A stretch of 64,000 nucleotides of DNA from Bacteroidota bacterium. Its GTDB lineage: Bacteria > Bacteroidota > Bacteroidia > Flavobacteriales > Weeksellaceae. The stretch lies in the NCBI GenBank assembly GCA_023458535.1, contig JAEWYW010000062.1:16733-80732 (forward strand), in the 5' to 3' direction. Positions 20,304 to 30,611 of this stretch are shown here, one piece after another. The notes under the pieces are model-generated. The model was not told the DNA's origin. It was given only the letters and a program-made list of their open reading frames with translations, and searched no databases. Numbering within the stretch: the stretch's first letter is position 1; every line of letters starts with the position of its first letter. The translations under genes and the position numbers were made by a program.

Positions 20304-21551
20304 TTATTCAGGTTTTTCATTTTCCGCTTGCGTAATCTTGTAATTTTTGGATAGTACCATAATCACCAAACCGGCAATCATGAAAGGAATGGATAGCACC
20401 TGACCAGTATTCAGTCCACCAATTTGTATAAACTCATCTCCTTGAGGTTCTTTCAAAAATTCCACGAAAAATCGGATTGCCCAAAGGATGATAAAAAACA
20501 ATCCAAACAACCAACCTTGCTGGTATTTCTTGTTCGTTTTTCTATAAAGTATCCAAAGGAGAATAAATAATAACACATAACCGGCAGCCTCAAACAATTG
20601 GGTTGGATACCTTGGAACCGTAATTCCGTATTCACTGCTTTGTTGAGGGAAGAAAATGGCAAAAGGAGAATGGCCTGCAGGTTTACCTATAATTTCGGAA
20701 TTGAAAAAATTACCAAGTCTTACGAAAGCACCACCAAGAGCTACTACAATACCCACTCTGTCTAGTACCCAAAGAGGATTTTTCTTAATGATTTTATAAG
20801 AATAATAGAGGGTTGTGAGGATTACAGCAATCGTAGCACCATGACTTGCTAAACCCGAAAATCCTGTGAATTTAAATTCAGGTTTGGTCTGAATAGGTAA
20901 AAAAATAGACCAAAAATCCTGTTTAAAAAGTTCTGGCTGATAAAAAATCACGTGTCCGAGTCTTGCTCCTAAGATAGTTCCCACCAAAGTCCAGGTGAAT
21001 AGTGGCTCCAAATACTTTTGGTTAACATTATCTATCTTAAAAATTCTGGACATGATGACATAACCTAACCCAAATGCAATTACGAACATCAAGCTGTAAA
21101 AATGAAGCGTAAAAGAACCTATTTGTATTCCCGGACGTGGATCCCAAATGGTAAAAGAAGTATCCAACTTCACTTTGCTTCCGGCTTGTATCTGGTCTTC
21201 TGCATTTAATGGTTTAAATAAATACTTAAAATCTTGCGATTGATCCTCTTTTACAGGCTGAAAATTTTTGTCTAATACTTCATACCTCGAAGCTTTATAG
21301 CTCACAAAAGCAGGTGTCTTTGCATACTCATTCAGAGTTGAATTCAGAATGACCAAAGAATTATTATTTTTGGGCTCACCAGAAAAATCTGCAAAATCTC
21401 CATAATTTGTTGTAGAGAAAATTTTTACTGGAATTTGCTTTCCATTGATGTTTAAATTGCCATCAGACAGTCCGTCTTTCACATTTTGAGCAAATGCTAC
21501 ATGCATCAAAAGAATGCTGAATATGCAATAGAATTTAGTTAAAAACTTCAT
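20304..21551 (-). CDS. lgt: Prolipoprotein diacylglyceryl transferase with N-terminal extra domain
   Basis: GARLGHV.FY, GLASHG, RLGNFFNSEI.G, P.QL.EA, RF.VEF.K. Confidence 0.95.
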   Translation of the reverse strand: MKFLTKFYCIFSILLMHVAFAQNVKDGLSDGNLNINGKQIPVKIFSTTNYGDFADFSGEPKNNNSLVILNSTLNEYAKTPAFVSYKASRYEVLDKNFQPVKEDQSQDFKYLFKPLNAEDQIQAGSKVKLDTSFTIWDPRPGIQIGSFTLHFYSLMFVIAFGLGYVIMSRIFKIDNVNQKYLEPLFTWTLVGTILGARLGHVIFYQPELFKQDFWSIFLPIQTKPEFKFTGFSGLASHGATIAVILTTLYYSYKIIKKNPLWVLDRVGIVVALGGAFVRLGNFFNSEIIGKPAGHSPFAIFFPQQSSEYGITVPRYPTQLFEAAGYVLLFILLWILYRKTNKKYQQGWLFGLFFIILWAIRFFVEFLKEPQGDEFIQIGGLNTGQVLSIPFMIAGLVIMVLSKNYKITQAENEKPE

Positions 21552-21567
21552 CGAAAATTATATTTAT

Positions 21568-21822
21568 TTAATGTTTACATTTTTTTGGAACGGGATCATA
21601 ACCACTTCCTCCCCAAGGATGGCATCTTGCAATTCTTTTTATCCCCAACCATAATCCTTTAAAAATGCCATGTGTTTGCAATGCTTCTACCATATAATGA
21701 GAACATGTAGGCTCGTACCGACAGTTTTTTGGAAGTAATGGTGAAATTCCCCATTGGTAAATTTTTACTAAAAATACCAAGGGAAAAGTAATGATATGAT
21801 TGAAATTGAGTTTCAAAACCAT
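21568..21822 (-). CDS. yidD: Membrane protein insertion efficiency factor
   Basis: YQ..ISP...CRY.PTCS.Y...A...HG...[14 protein letters not shown]; exact start uncertain. Confidence 0.93.
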   Translation of the reverse strand: MVLKLNFNHIITFPLVFLVKIYQWGISPLLPKNCRYEPTCSHYMVEALQTHGIFKGLWLGIKRIARCHPWGGSGYDPVPKKCKH

Positions 21823-21941
21823 GCAAAAATAGAGTAAAAAAATCAAAATAAGTTTAAATTTGCCTATACTTTGTAGCGTAATATAATTTTTTCTAATTTC
21901 ATAGTTTTTCAACACCAAAACAATTATAAAATTAAAATCTT

Positions 21942-23219
21942 TTGAGCCAGAATATTCCTTTAGCCGAAAAATTAAGACCTAAAACTTTAGATGAAGTTTT
22001 AGGCCAGGAGCATCTTACCAATCAAAAAGGAACCATCCGAAAAATGCTTGAAAATGACGCGCTCAATTCATTGATTTTTTGGGGACCGCCAGGAACAGGT
22101 AAAACGACTCTTGCAGAGATTATATCTGAAAAATCGGGTAGAAAATTTTATAAACTTTCGGCTGTTTCTTCAGGTGTAAAAGATGTCCGAGATGTAATTG
22201 ATGAAGCTAAAAAACAGAATTTGTTCTCAGGAAAATCTCCCATTTTATTTATTGATGAAATTCATCGTTTTAATAAATCTCAACAAGACTCATTGCTCCA
22301 TGCTGTGGAAAAGGGTTGGATTGTTTTAATTGGTGCTACTACAGAAAATCCAAGTTTTGAAGTGGTGTCTGCGTTGCTTTCTCGAAGTCAGGTTTATGTT
22401 TTAAAATCACTGACGTATGAAAAACTCGAAGAATTAATAGATACCGCGCTCTTAAGATTCAATACAGATGAAAAAACTGATTTCGAAATAAAAGAAAAGG
22501 AAGCATTTATCCAATATTCGGGAGGAGATGCAAGAAAACTGATAAATTCTGTAGAGTTAGTCCTCAATCAATTTAAAAATTCCAAGCAAAAAAAAATCGG
22601 GAACAATGAAGTAATGGAGGTTTTGCAAGAAACCATGGCCATCTATGATAAAAATGGAGAACAGCATTACGATATTATTTCTGCCTTTATCAAATCCATC
22701 CGAGGGAGTGACCCCAATGGCGCAGTGTATTGGCTGGCGAGAATGCTTGTTGGAGGTGAAGATATTAAATTTATTGCTCGCAGGTTATTGATTTTAGCTT
22801 CTGAAGATATAGGTTTAGCCAATCCAAATGCATTGGTCGTCGCCAATAATTGTTTCCAAGCTATTAATGTAATCGGAAATCCTGAAGCACGCATTATTTT
22901 AAGTGAAACTGCCATCTATTTAGCGGTATCCCCTAAAAGCAATTCGGCGTATGCAGCCATTAATGATGCAATGGCCTTCGTGAAAAAAACCGGAAACCTA
23001 CCTGTTCCACTACATTTGAGAAATGCACCTACTAAATTGATGAAAGATTTGGATTATGGTAAAGAATATAAATATGCGCATTCGTATGATGGTAATTTCG
23101 TCAATCAGGATTTTTTACCAGAGGAGATTAAAGATTCTACATTTTACCATCCTGGCAACAATTCTACTGAAAAGAAAATAAAAGAGGAACTCCAGAAAAA
23201 ATGGAAAGATAAATATTGA
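21942..23219 (+). CDS. rarA: Replication-associated recombination protein A
   Basis: [43 protein letters not shown]. Confidence 0.96.
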   Translation: MSQNIPLAEKLRPKTLDEVLGQEHLTNQKGTIRKMLENDALNSLIFWGPPGTGKTTLAEIISEKSGRKFYKLSAVSSGVKDVRDVIDEAKKQNLFSGKSPILFIDEIHRFNKSQQDSLLHAVEKGWIVLIGATTENPSFEVVSALLSRSQVYVLKSLTYEKLEELIDTALLRFNTDEKTDFEIKEKEAFIQYSGGDARKLINSVELVLNQFKNSKQKKIGNNEVMEVLQETMAIYDKNGEQHYDIISAFIKSIRGSDPNGAVYWLARMLVGGEDIKFIARRLLILASEDIGLANPNALVVANNCFQAINVIGNPEARIILSETAIYLAVSPKSNSAYAAINDAMAFVKKTGNLPVPLHLRNAPTKLMKDLDYGKEYKYAHSYDGNFVNQDFLPEEIKDSTFYHPGNNSTEKKIKEELQKKWKDKY

Positions 23220-23306
23220 GTTTGATAGTAAAGTGGTGTTTTGCGACTAATAAGAGCTTCTAAATAAGTTGTAAGGAATCTGAAATCAAATTTGTATTTT
23301 TGCAGC

Positions 23307-23864
23307 ATGATTAGGATGCTTTTATTCTCTTTTATTATTTTGTGTACTGTTTCTTGTAATAAGGATACCCAACCAAAACCCTATGGCGAATTGCGTTTGG
23401 AATATCCACAGCCACAATATCAGAAATTTGACAGCAATTGTGGTTATTCTTTTGAAATCTCAAAATATGCAACAGTAACCAATGGTAAAAAACCGTGCTG
23501 GTTCTACATCAACTATCCGAAGATGAAAGCCAAGCTTTTCGTAACCTATTTTCCTATTCAGAACGATTTTGCTGAGCACATTAGAGAATCCGAAAAAATG
23601 GTGTATGAACATACCATTAAAGCCAGTTCCATAGACACCAAATCATTTGAATATCCTGAGAAAAAAGTTTTTGGGAATTTCTATGAACTTAAAGGCCAGA
23701 GTGCTTCCAATTTGCAGTTTTATGCAACGGACAGTACCAAAAATTTCGTTTCGGCCTATTTGTACTTCAATACACGTCCTAAGCCAGATTCTTTAGCACC
23801 AGCCGTGGATTATGTAAAAAAAGACTTGCTTCACTTGTTGGATACTTTCGAGTGGACAAAATAA
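23307..23864 (+). CDS. gldD: Gliding motility lipoprotein GldD
   Basis: Lipobox VSC; PKP.G.LRLEYP, H..KA..I, QFY.TDS..F....LYF...P..DS. Confidence 0.9.
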   Translation: MIRMLLFSFIILCTVSCNKDTQPKPYGELRLEYPQPQYQKFDSNCGYSFEISKYATVTNGKKPCWFYINYPKMKAKLFVTYFPIQNDFAEHIRESEKMVYEHTIKASSIDTKSFEYPEKKVFGNFYELKGQSASNLQFYATDSTKNFVSAYLYFNTRPKPDSLAPAVDYVKKDLLHLLDTFEWTK

Positions 23865-23895
23865 TCTAAATTTTGATAAATATTATATTCTAAAT

Positions 23896-24816
23896 ATGAA
23901 ATTACTAGTTGTAGGAAGCGTTGCGTTCGACGCTATTGAAACGCCTTTCGGAAAAACAGATAAAATCTTGGGTGGTGCTGCCACTTATATTGGTATTGCA
24001 GCCTCTACTTTAGGGGTAGATTCAGGAATAGTTTCTGTAGTAGGAGGCGATTTTCCTCAGGAACATCTGGATATGTTCACAGACAGAAAAATCAATATAG
24101 ACGGTATCGAAATAGTAAAAGAAGGAAAAACATTCTTTTGGGCAGGTAAATACCACAACGATTTGAACTCCCGTGATACCTTGGTGACAGAAGTAAACGT
24201 TTTAGAAAATTTCGATCCAAAGATTCCAGATTCTATGCAAGATGCTGAAATTTTGCTATTGGGAAATCTTCATCCTGGTGTTCAGCTTTCGGTTTTAGAA
24301 AAAATGAAGCAACGTCCCAAATTAGTTATTTTGGATACCATGAATTTCTGGATGGATTCTGCATGGGACATCTTAATGGAGATGGTCGCCAAAACAGATG
24401 TTATTACCATTAATGATGAAGAGGCTAGACAACTTTCGGGTGAATATTCTTTGGTAAAAGCAGCTAAAAAAATACATACAATGGGTCCTAAATATGTGAT
24501 CATTAAAAAAGGTGAACATGGTGCACTCCTTTTCTTTGATAATAAAATATTTGCGATTCCTGCACTGCCTTTAGAAGATGTTTTCGATCCTACTGGTGCA
24601 GGAGATACTTTTGCGGGTGGTTTCGCTGCATACTTAGCAAAAAAAGGAAATTTTGATTTTGAAACCATGAAATCTGCAATTCTTATGGGTTCCGCCATGG
24701 CTTCTTTCACTGTGGAAAAATTCGGAACTGAAAGACTGGAGGAAGTAAAATTTGAAGAAATTTCCGAGAGACTTCAGCAGTTTAAGGAATTGACGACTTT
24801 TAATGTAGAAGTCTAA
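23896..24816 (+). CDS. PfkB-family carbohydrate kinase
   Basis: GSVAFD.IETP, KKGEHG, DPTGAGDTFAGG. Confidence 0.93.
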   Translation: MKLLVVGSVAFDAIETPFGKTDKILGGAATYIGIAASTLGVDSGIVSVVGGDFPQEHLDMFTDRKINIDGIEIVKEGKTFFWAGKYHNDLNSRDTLVTEVNVLENFDPKIPDSMQDAEILLLGNLHPGVQLSVLEKMKQRPKLVILDTMNFWMDSAWDILMEMVAKTDVITINDEEARQLSGEYSLVKAAKKIHTMGPKYVIIKKGEHGALLFFDNKIFAIPALPLEDVFDPTGAGDTFAGGFAAYLAKKGNFDFETMKSAILMGSAMASFTVEKFGTERLEEVKFEEISERLQQFKELTTFNVEV

Positions 24817-24906
24817 TAATAAATACCTTTTAAGAAATATTTATAATAAAAAATTGAATAAAATTCGTGGAGAATTTTATATTTGCAACTTGATTAAAAA
24901 TCTAAC

Positions 24907-26289
24907 ATGATACATAAAATAAAAATCACTTTTCTATTGGGTATTTTCCTGTGTTTATCTGCGTTTTCAAAGGCGCAGCTTCAGTCGGGAGATTTGGTAG
25001 ATGGTATTGCAGCAGTTATTGGTGACGAAATTGTTCTGGAATCTGATGTTAATGAGCAATTGAACTACGCAAAACAGCAAGGAGCTGCCAATGCAGATAG
25101 ATGTGAATTTTTAGAAAATCTGCTTTCCAATAAGTTATTGGTTTATGAAGCAAAAAGAGATACACTTATTGAAAACCGTTCGGCAGCAATTAAAGAAACG
25201 GCTGATGCCAAGTACAAGCAGATGCTGCAATCTTTCCCAGATGAGAAGGCAATGTTGGCGGCTTATAAATTTCGTACCTCTTACGAAATGAAAAATGCAA
25301 TCGAAAAAATTGATACCGATTCTTATTATGGACAGGCAAAAGTGGCACGTATCACTGAAAAATTAGACGTTACGCCTAATGAAGTTACCGATTTTTTCAA
25401 CACCTACAAAACACAGTTTCCGGCAGTAAAAGATGAGGTGACGCTGGCGCAAATTATGATGTATCCCCAACTTACGGAAGCTCACAAACAGGAGTTGATT
25501 GATAGATTGAAAAAAATAAAAGCGGATATTGCAGCAGGTGAAACTTTCGAGAGTCAGGCAAGAATTTATTCTGAAGATCCAGGAAGTGCAGCGAATGGTG
25601 GTTTGTATAAAAATATCAGTAAAGGACAGATGGTGAAGCCGTTCGAGGCAGCAGCTTTAAACTTGCAAGAAGGTGAAATTTCCAATCCTATAGAATCAGA
25701 ATATGGTTTTCACATCATTCAGTTGGTGAAAAAATCTGGTAAAATGTACGATGCAAAGCATATCCTTCTAAAAGCGGTTCCTACGGCTGAGGAGATAAAA
25801 ACTGCAGAAGTGAAATTAGACAGCATCCGTACTTTAATTCTGGATGGTAAAATGACTTTTAAAGATGCAGCTTTTAAATTCTCAGATGATAAGAGAACAA
25901 AATTCAACGCTGGTATTATCCCTGGAGCCGATGGTTCAGATAAAATTGAAAGAGCAAGTATTCCTGGTGCAATAAGCTACGAATTGGCTGGTTTAAATAA
26001 AGGTGATATTACAACAGCTTTTGAACATTTAGATGATGAGTCCAGAGGACCTGATAACGCTAGAAAAGTAGTGAAAATCATCAAAATGGAAAACGTAATT
26101 CCAGAACATACCATGTCTTTGGAAACCGATTACGACAGAATTAAGCAGTACGCCATGAATAAGAAGAAAGGGGAGGTGGTAGACAAATGGATCAATTCTA
26201 GAATTCCTACAGTATTCATCTCAGTAGACAAGAGGTATAACGACTGTAACTTTAAAGACGACTGGAAAAAAAGTTCGCTTTCAAAATAA
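24907..26289 (+). CDS. surA: SurA-like peptidyl-prolyl isomerase
   Basis: VDGIAAVIG..IVL.SD; parvulin motifs YSEDPGSA.NGG, FE.AA..L, YGFHII. Confidence 0.88.
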   Translation: MIHKIKITFLLGIFLCLSAFSKAQLQSGDLVDGIAAVIGDEIVLESDVNEQLNYAKQQGAANADRCEFLENLLSNKLLVYEAKRDTLIENRSAAIKETADAKYKQMLQSFPDEKAMLAAYKFRTSYEMKNAIEKIDTDSYYGQAKVARITEKLDVTPNEVTDFFNTYKTQFPAVKDEVTLAQIMMYPQLTEAHKQELIDRLKKIKADIAAGETFESQARIYSEDPGSAANGGLYKNISKGQMVKPFEAAALNLQEGEISNPIESEYGFHIIQLVKKSGKMYDAKHILLKAVPTAEEIKTAEVKLDSIRTLILDGKMTFKDAAFKFSDDKRTKFNAGIIPGADGSDKIERASIPGAISYELAGLNKGDITTAFEHLDDESRGPDNARKVVKIIKMENVIPEHTMSLETDYDRIKQYAMNKKKGEVVDKWINSRIPTVFISVDKRYNDCNFKDDWKKSSLSK

Positions 26290-26325
26290 ACATCATCCTT
26301 CAGATTTTTCTGAAGGATTTTTTTT

Positions 26326-26463
26326 GGGCATTCCCTTCCTGCGCATTTGCCTTAGCTAGGGTCGCGCTTTCCGCTATATCTTTTTTTGTTTTGATTGGGG
26401 GAGGCGGCTAAGCCGCCGCCCCCAATCAAAACAAAAAAAGGATGCCGCTGCAATCGCTAATGC
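26326..26463 (-). ncRNA. Structured repeat/RNA element, Flavo-1-like (copy B)
   Basis: Minus strand GCGATTGCAGCGGCATCCTTTT-[hairpin]-AAAAGATATAGCGGAAAGCGCGACCC; homologous to 113-233. Confidence 0.55.
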
Positions 26464-26610
26464 AATATAAGAACCTTACATTAACAAAAAATCATTCATC
26501 AGCAATCTACTATTAATAGATACCGAGGAAAAATAAATATGAATTTATATACTCTTCCCAAACTTTAAAAACACTTGTAGTTATTAATAAATATCATTAT
26601 TTTTACCCAC

Positions 26611-27594
26611 ATGAGCAACTTTATACATTTCGGGATCGCTGAAAAAATCTACAGTGAAAACCACAATAAGATAACACAACTCTTCAACATCTCTTATCCA
26701 ATTATTCAGGGTGGAATGATTTGGCACTCTGGCTGGAGGCTGGCTTCAGCAGTATCTAATAACGGTGGTCTGGGGCTTATTGGTGCTGGAAGTATGTATC
26801 CAGATATTTTAAGAGAAAACATCCAAAAATGTAAAAAAGCGACAGATAAACCATTTGGTGTAAACGTACCGATGTTGTATCCCAATTTGGAAGAAATTAT
26901 ACAGATTATTTTGGAGGAAGGTGTAAAGATTGTATTCACATCAGCGGGAAACCCTAAAACATACACCGAAACCCTACAAAAAGAAGGTCTGAAGGTAGCT
27001 CATGTAGTTTCTTCAACCAAATTTGCAATAAAATGTGAAGATGCGGGAGTTGATGCCATTGTTGCTGAAGGTTTCGAAGCGGGTGGACATAACGGAAGAG
27101 ATGAAACCACTACATTCTGCTTAATTCCCAATGTTAAAAAACACATCTCTAAACCATTAATTTCGGCAGGAGGTATTGCAACGGGAGCTCAAATAAAGGC
27201 GGCCATGATTTTGGGCGCAGATGGCGTGCAGATCGGAAGTCGTTTTGCAGCCACTAAGGAAGCCAGTTCTCATTCAGACTGGAAAAATATGATCGTCAAT
27301 CTCAATGAGGGCGATACGCACCTTACTTTAAAAGAATTAGCACCTGTACGAATGGTAAAGAACAAATTTTTCCATGAATTAGAAGCCATTTATCAGTCGG
27401 GTAGGGATGTAGAAGCTCTGAAGCTCACCTTAGGACGCGCAAGAGCAAAAAAAGGAATGTTTGAAGGTGACTTGGAAAATGGAGAGTTGGAAATCGGTCA
27501 GGTTTCAGCGCTTATTGATGACATTTTACCTGTGGAAACAGTTTTCAAAAACCTTCTACGAGAATATCACGAAGCAAAAATGCCTAATTTTTAA
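26611..27594 (+). CDS. Nitronate monooxygenase/FabK-like flavin oxidoreductase
   Basis: PIIQGGM, EGFEAGGH, AGGI, GADGVQIGSRF. Confidence 0.92.
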   Translation: MSNFIHFGIAEKIYSENHNKITQLFNISYPIIQGGMIWHSGWRLASAVSNNGGLGLIGAGSMYPDILRENIQKCKKATDKPFGVNVPMLYPNLEEIIQIILEEGVKIVFTSAGNPKTYTETLQKEGLKVAHVVSSTKFAIKCEDAGVDAIVAEGFEAGGHNGRDETTTFCLIPNVKKHISKPLISAGGIATGAQIKAAMILGADGVQIGSRFAATKEASSHSDWKNMIVNLNEGDTHLTLKELAPVRMVKNKFFHELEAIYQSGRDVEALKLTLGRARAKKGMFEGDLENGELEIGQVSALIDDILPVETVFKNLLREYHEAKMPNF

Positions 27595-27792
27595 ATAGTA
27601 AAAGAGAACTGCCAAGGTGCTCTTTTTTATTCACAAACTTTCAAGTTATGGTTTTAGCATTGTTCTAAAGTTGAAATCGCTAGGGATTTTTTCTGTTCTT
27701 TATCTTCATACGCATCAACTTTGCCCTCTTTTTTAGGCTTTAATTTAAGTAGTATCCTTTACGTCGGTATTAAAGATAGTAATGGCGGCGGA

Positions 27793-28003
27793 TTATAATG
27801 ATATTTCTAAATAGTTGTAATTAATATAGGATTTTAATTCCCAAATGCTTTCTAAAAATAACATATATCGAGAAGGTTGATATTCTCCAAATGAAAATAT
27901 ACATAAATAACAATCGTTAATATAGTAGTAAACTTCTAAATTTTCAATTGTACAATAATTATCTATTGATGGTTAATTGCTGTTCTGCTTGTTCAAATTC
28001 CAT
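27793..28003 (-). pseudogene. Fused remnants of immunity genes
   Basis: ATG at 28003 gives MEFEQAEQQLTINR* (resembles an SMI1/KNR4 start); another frame then gives IDNYCTIENLEVYYYINDCYLCIFSFGEYQPSRYMLFLESIWELK...*. Confidence 0.55.
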
Positions 28004-28015
28004 GATTATTATTTT

Positions 28016-28430
28016 TTACCAAGTTTTAAAAGTGTATGATTTACCTGGAGCTACTTTATATTGACTATATCCTCCAACATTTGAAATTCCATTATGTGCA
28101 GTCCGTTTTACCAATTGCATAGTTCCTGTTTAGTTTTAGGATCATAATCATCTAAATGATGCCACACATAACCTTATGGAGTGCTTTTTTGTCCTAACGC
28201 AGCCATACTTGCAGCTCCAAAATCTGTTTTATAGTCACCAGAATATATTGGTACTATATTTTTCTGTCCTGGCTTTACAGGGTATAAAGCATCACTATTT
28301 GTATAAATTAAATCCACCGTTTGGATTAGCCGTTACTCCAGTAAATCTTCTACCTTTTTAATTCATCAACACTTGCATACCCATTATGCACCAAAATCCC
28401 ATCTTCTGTTACATAGTAAATCTCACTTAA
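28016..28430 (-). pseudogene. Decayed orphan toxin C-terminal cassette, WHH (HNH/EndoVII) nuclease
   Basis: Manual translation across frames: YYVTEDGILVHNG-YASVDELK/GRRFTGVTANPNGG/..ALYPVKPGQKNIV..YSGDYKTDFGAA..STP*GYVWHHLDDYDPKT/TGTMQLVKRTAHNGISNVGG..W*; three frameshifts and one internal stop. Confidence 0.85.
28377..28415. repeat. 39-bp direct repeat of 29365-29403 (HINT C-terminus)
   Basis: ATACCCATTATGCACCAAAAT(C/T)CCATCTTCTGTTACATA, 38/39 identical. Confidence 0.95.
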
Positions 28431-28431
28431 T

Positions 28432-28464
28432 AAAAAAGTGTTTCAGTCAGAAACACTTTTTTTT
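28432..28464. terminator. Intrinsic terminator after the immunity gene
   Basis: AAAAAAGTGTTTC-AGTCA-GAAACACTTTTTT. Confidence 0.8.
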
Positions 28465-28469
28465 AATTA

Positions 28470-28910
28470 TCAGCCAAAAGGAATATTCATATCTTCCATA
28501 TTATTTTTTAATATAGTACTAATGTAATTTCCTTTTTTTCTTGGTATACATGCGGTTGCAAAAGTTCTGGGAGCCTTGTATATTTCACCTTTATAATTAG
28601 GACTTTTTAAAACTGGCATATGATAATATGCATTTTCTTTATCATCTAAGTCCATAAACCACTTCCCTCCTATATGTTTTCTAAAAGTTTCGCCAATATA
28701 TATAGTTAATAAATCAAGTATTTTTTCATCTTCCCTTAGTGTATTAATAGTTGGATATGTATTTATTATCCATTTCTCCAAAATATCTAAAGATTGTATA
28801 CTATAATCTAAATCAAGATTATTCTCTTTAGCAAATTCTTCAGTAAAATAATCCATTTTATTATCTATAAAAAATATCCATTCTTGGAAATTGTCTTGTG
28901 TATATGACAT
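28470..28910 (-). CDS. Putative cognate immunity protein
   Basis: Small, very AT-rich ORF directly after the toxin; LDYSI.SL..LE.W and YIGE.FR...GGKW pattern; start probably MSYTQD at 28910. Confidence 0.75.
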   Translation of the reverse strand: MSYTQDNFQEWIFFIDNKMDYFTEEFAKENNLDLDYSIQSLDILEKWIINTYPTINTLREDEKILDLLTIYIGETFRKHIGGKWFMDLDDKENAYYHMPVLKSPNYKGEIYKAPRTFATACIPRKKGNYISTILKNNMEDMNIPFG

Positions 28911-28926
28911 TGTACTTTTAATTATA

Positions 28927-30600
28927 TTATTTAACATGAGTTACATTTATACCAGCATTTCTTAATTCATCAAGGAGTGGTTGACTAGCATCTCCCTCAA
29001 TCCTCCATTCAATATCCCAGCCTTGTCTTACTAGTTCTTTGTCTCTTTCAATCTCAGACATAATTTCCTGGGTTCTTGAAAAGTAATTTCCAGATTTTAC
29101 TTCTACTCCCATTTTAGCATCAACATCGGCAATATCAAGTCTTCGATTAACTGTTTGACCGTTTATATTAACTTTAACAGTTTGTTCTCTTGCACCCCAA
29201 CCTAATTCACTATGATAATTATCTGCCGCTGCATTACCTCTATTAGCATTCTGCATATTTGCCTCATACGTCTTGCTCCATCTATTATAATCCCACTCTC
29301 CACCTCTCGCCTGATATTCTTCCCAAGCACTAGCTTTATGTTCAGGAGTTCCTGCTTCAGGCTTATACCCATTATGCACCAAAATTCCATCTTCTGTTAC
29401 ATAATAGTTTTCGTTATCAGCAATATCAAAGTTATAAACTTTTTCATAATGGGGCAAGGTTTCAGTACTAATAACGGTAGTGTAATCTCCCCCTCTTAAG
29501 TGTAATATATCACCTGCTTTTAAGTCTCGGGCTTCTATCCAATCTCCATTGCAATAAAAACGGTGTTCCGGTGTTACCTGTATAAACTCACCTGTTGGCA
29601 GTTCTATGGTAAGCATATGCATGGTGTAGCGCTCATGTTTTACCAAGACTGGTTTATACTCCGTTTGTTTAGTTTCTTCATTATAGGCTAAAACCAACTC
29701 GCCTTCTTGTACATCTTCAATATTCTGTAATCCCCTTTGTGTATGCACTTTAGTACCTGCAGGAAAGCAGACTAGCGTGGCTCCTTTTGCAGCAAATACA
29801 CTTAAAAGGAGAGCTACACTGCTTTCTTTCAACTTATCGAGAGTATCTTTATCGCTACTCCATATATTGTATTGCTCAAAATAGGCGCCTCCGATGCCTA
29901 AACCTCTCATCATTTGGCAAAAACGGGGAGCATTTCTAAAGCCTTTAAAAGTAAAAGACTCTATCAATTCTTTTCGAGCAGTGTTTGCAAACTGCTGCCC
30001 AAAACTTCTTGCAAAGGTACTTGCTCCTTGTCGGGTTGCCAATGCACCCATTCCTCCCGCCGCACTTGTTGCTCCACTTACCATGGCACCACCACCACGA
30101 CCGGCTAAAAAACCAAACGCAAAATTGGCTAGATGTCCTAAATTGGTAAGCGCGGCACTTCCCCAAGCTTCCCAAAGAGTTTCTTTAGGTGTAATGGTTC
30201 CTCCTTCATCAGGACATTGCATAACAGAAGATAGTAATAATGCTTTTTTATCCTGTATTTCTAATACTGGAGATTGTTTAATCCAAACCCTGTTAGCTGC
30301 CGCAGATTTACATTTAATATATCCAACAGCAATTGCGGCGGCTATAATGGCTGCAATAATCAATGCAACCACCCAACCTGGCCCTGGAATACAACAGGCA
30401 ACCCCAGCTGCAGCTCCTGCAATGAATGCTACTTTGCCCAAACATAAAAAATTGTTTTCTCTGAGCGTATCTTTTTCTGTTGCAGCAAGATGCCCACTCA
30501 TATACGTGAAATTTTGGCTCGTAACTTTCATTTTTTTCGGAGCCATCCCTTTGTCGCAGACGAGATAATGCTTTTCTGTAAGATATTGTTCTTCAGCCAT
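28927..30600 (-). CDS. Polymorphic toxin: DUF4280/PAAR-like tip, TM segments, pretoxin HINT domain, PD-(D/E)xK nuclease C-terminus
   Basis: LVCDKG...C...W...ALL..S...C..GG.I (DUF4280-like); CFPAGT...TPEHRF...VYNF...YYV...LVHN (HINT, 29371-29769); RRLDIAD...GVEVKSG nuclease-like motif. Confidence 0.88.
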   Translation of the reverse strand: MAEEQYLTEKHYLVCDKGMAPKKMKVTSQNFTYMSGHLAATEKDTLRENNFLCLGKVAFIAGAAAGVACCIPGPGWVVALIIAAIIAAAIAVGYIKCKSAAANRVWIKQSPVLEIQDKKALLLSSVMQCPDEGGTITPKETLWEAWGSAALTNLGHLANFAFGFLAGRGGGAMVSGATSAAGGMGALATRQGASTFARSFGQQFANTARKELIESFTFKGFRNAPRFCQMMRGLGIGGAYFEQYNIWSSDKDTLDKLKESSVALLLSVFAAKGATLVCFPAGTKVHTQRGLQNIEDVQEGELVLAYNEETKQTEYKPVLVKHERYTMHMLTIELPTGEFIQVTPEHRFYCNGDWIEARDLKAGDILHLRGGDYTTVISTETLPHYEKVYNFDIADNENYYVTEDGILVHNGYKPEAGTPEHKASAWEEYQARGGEWDYNRWSKTYEANMQNANRGNAAADNYHSELGWGAREQTVKVNINGQTVNRRLDIADVDAKMGVEVKSGNYFSRTQEIMSEIERDKELVRQGWDIEWRIEGDASQPLLDELRNAGINVTHVK

Positions 30601-30611
30601 AATTCAATTTG

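Noticed and set aside
28176..28361. 61-aa plus-strand ORF
   Set aside because: Antisense to the WHH toxin remnant
29371..29769. True protein-splicing intein
   Set aside because: The residue after His-Asn is Gly, not Cys/Ser/Thr, there is no endonuclease insert, and the context is a pretoxin HINT
29894..30568. 224-aa plus-strand ORF
   Set aside because: Antisense shadow of the Ala/Gly-rich toxin N-terminus
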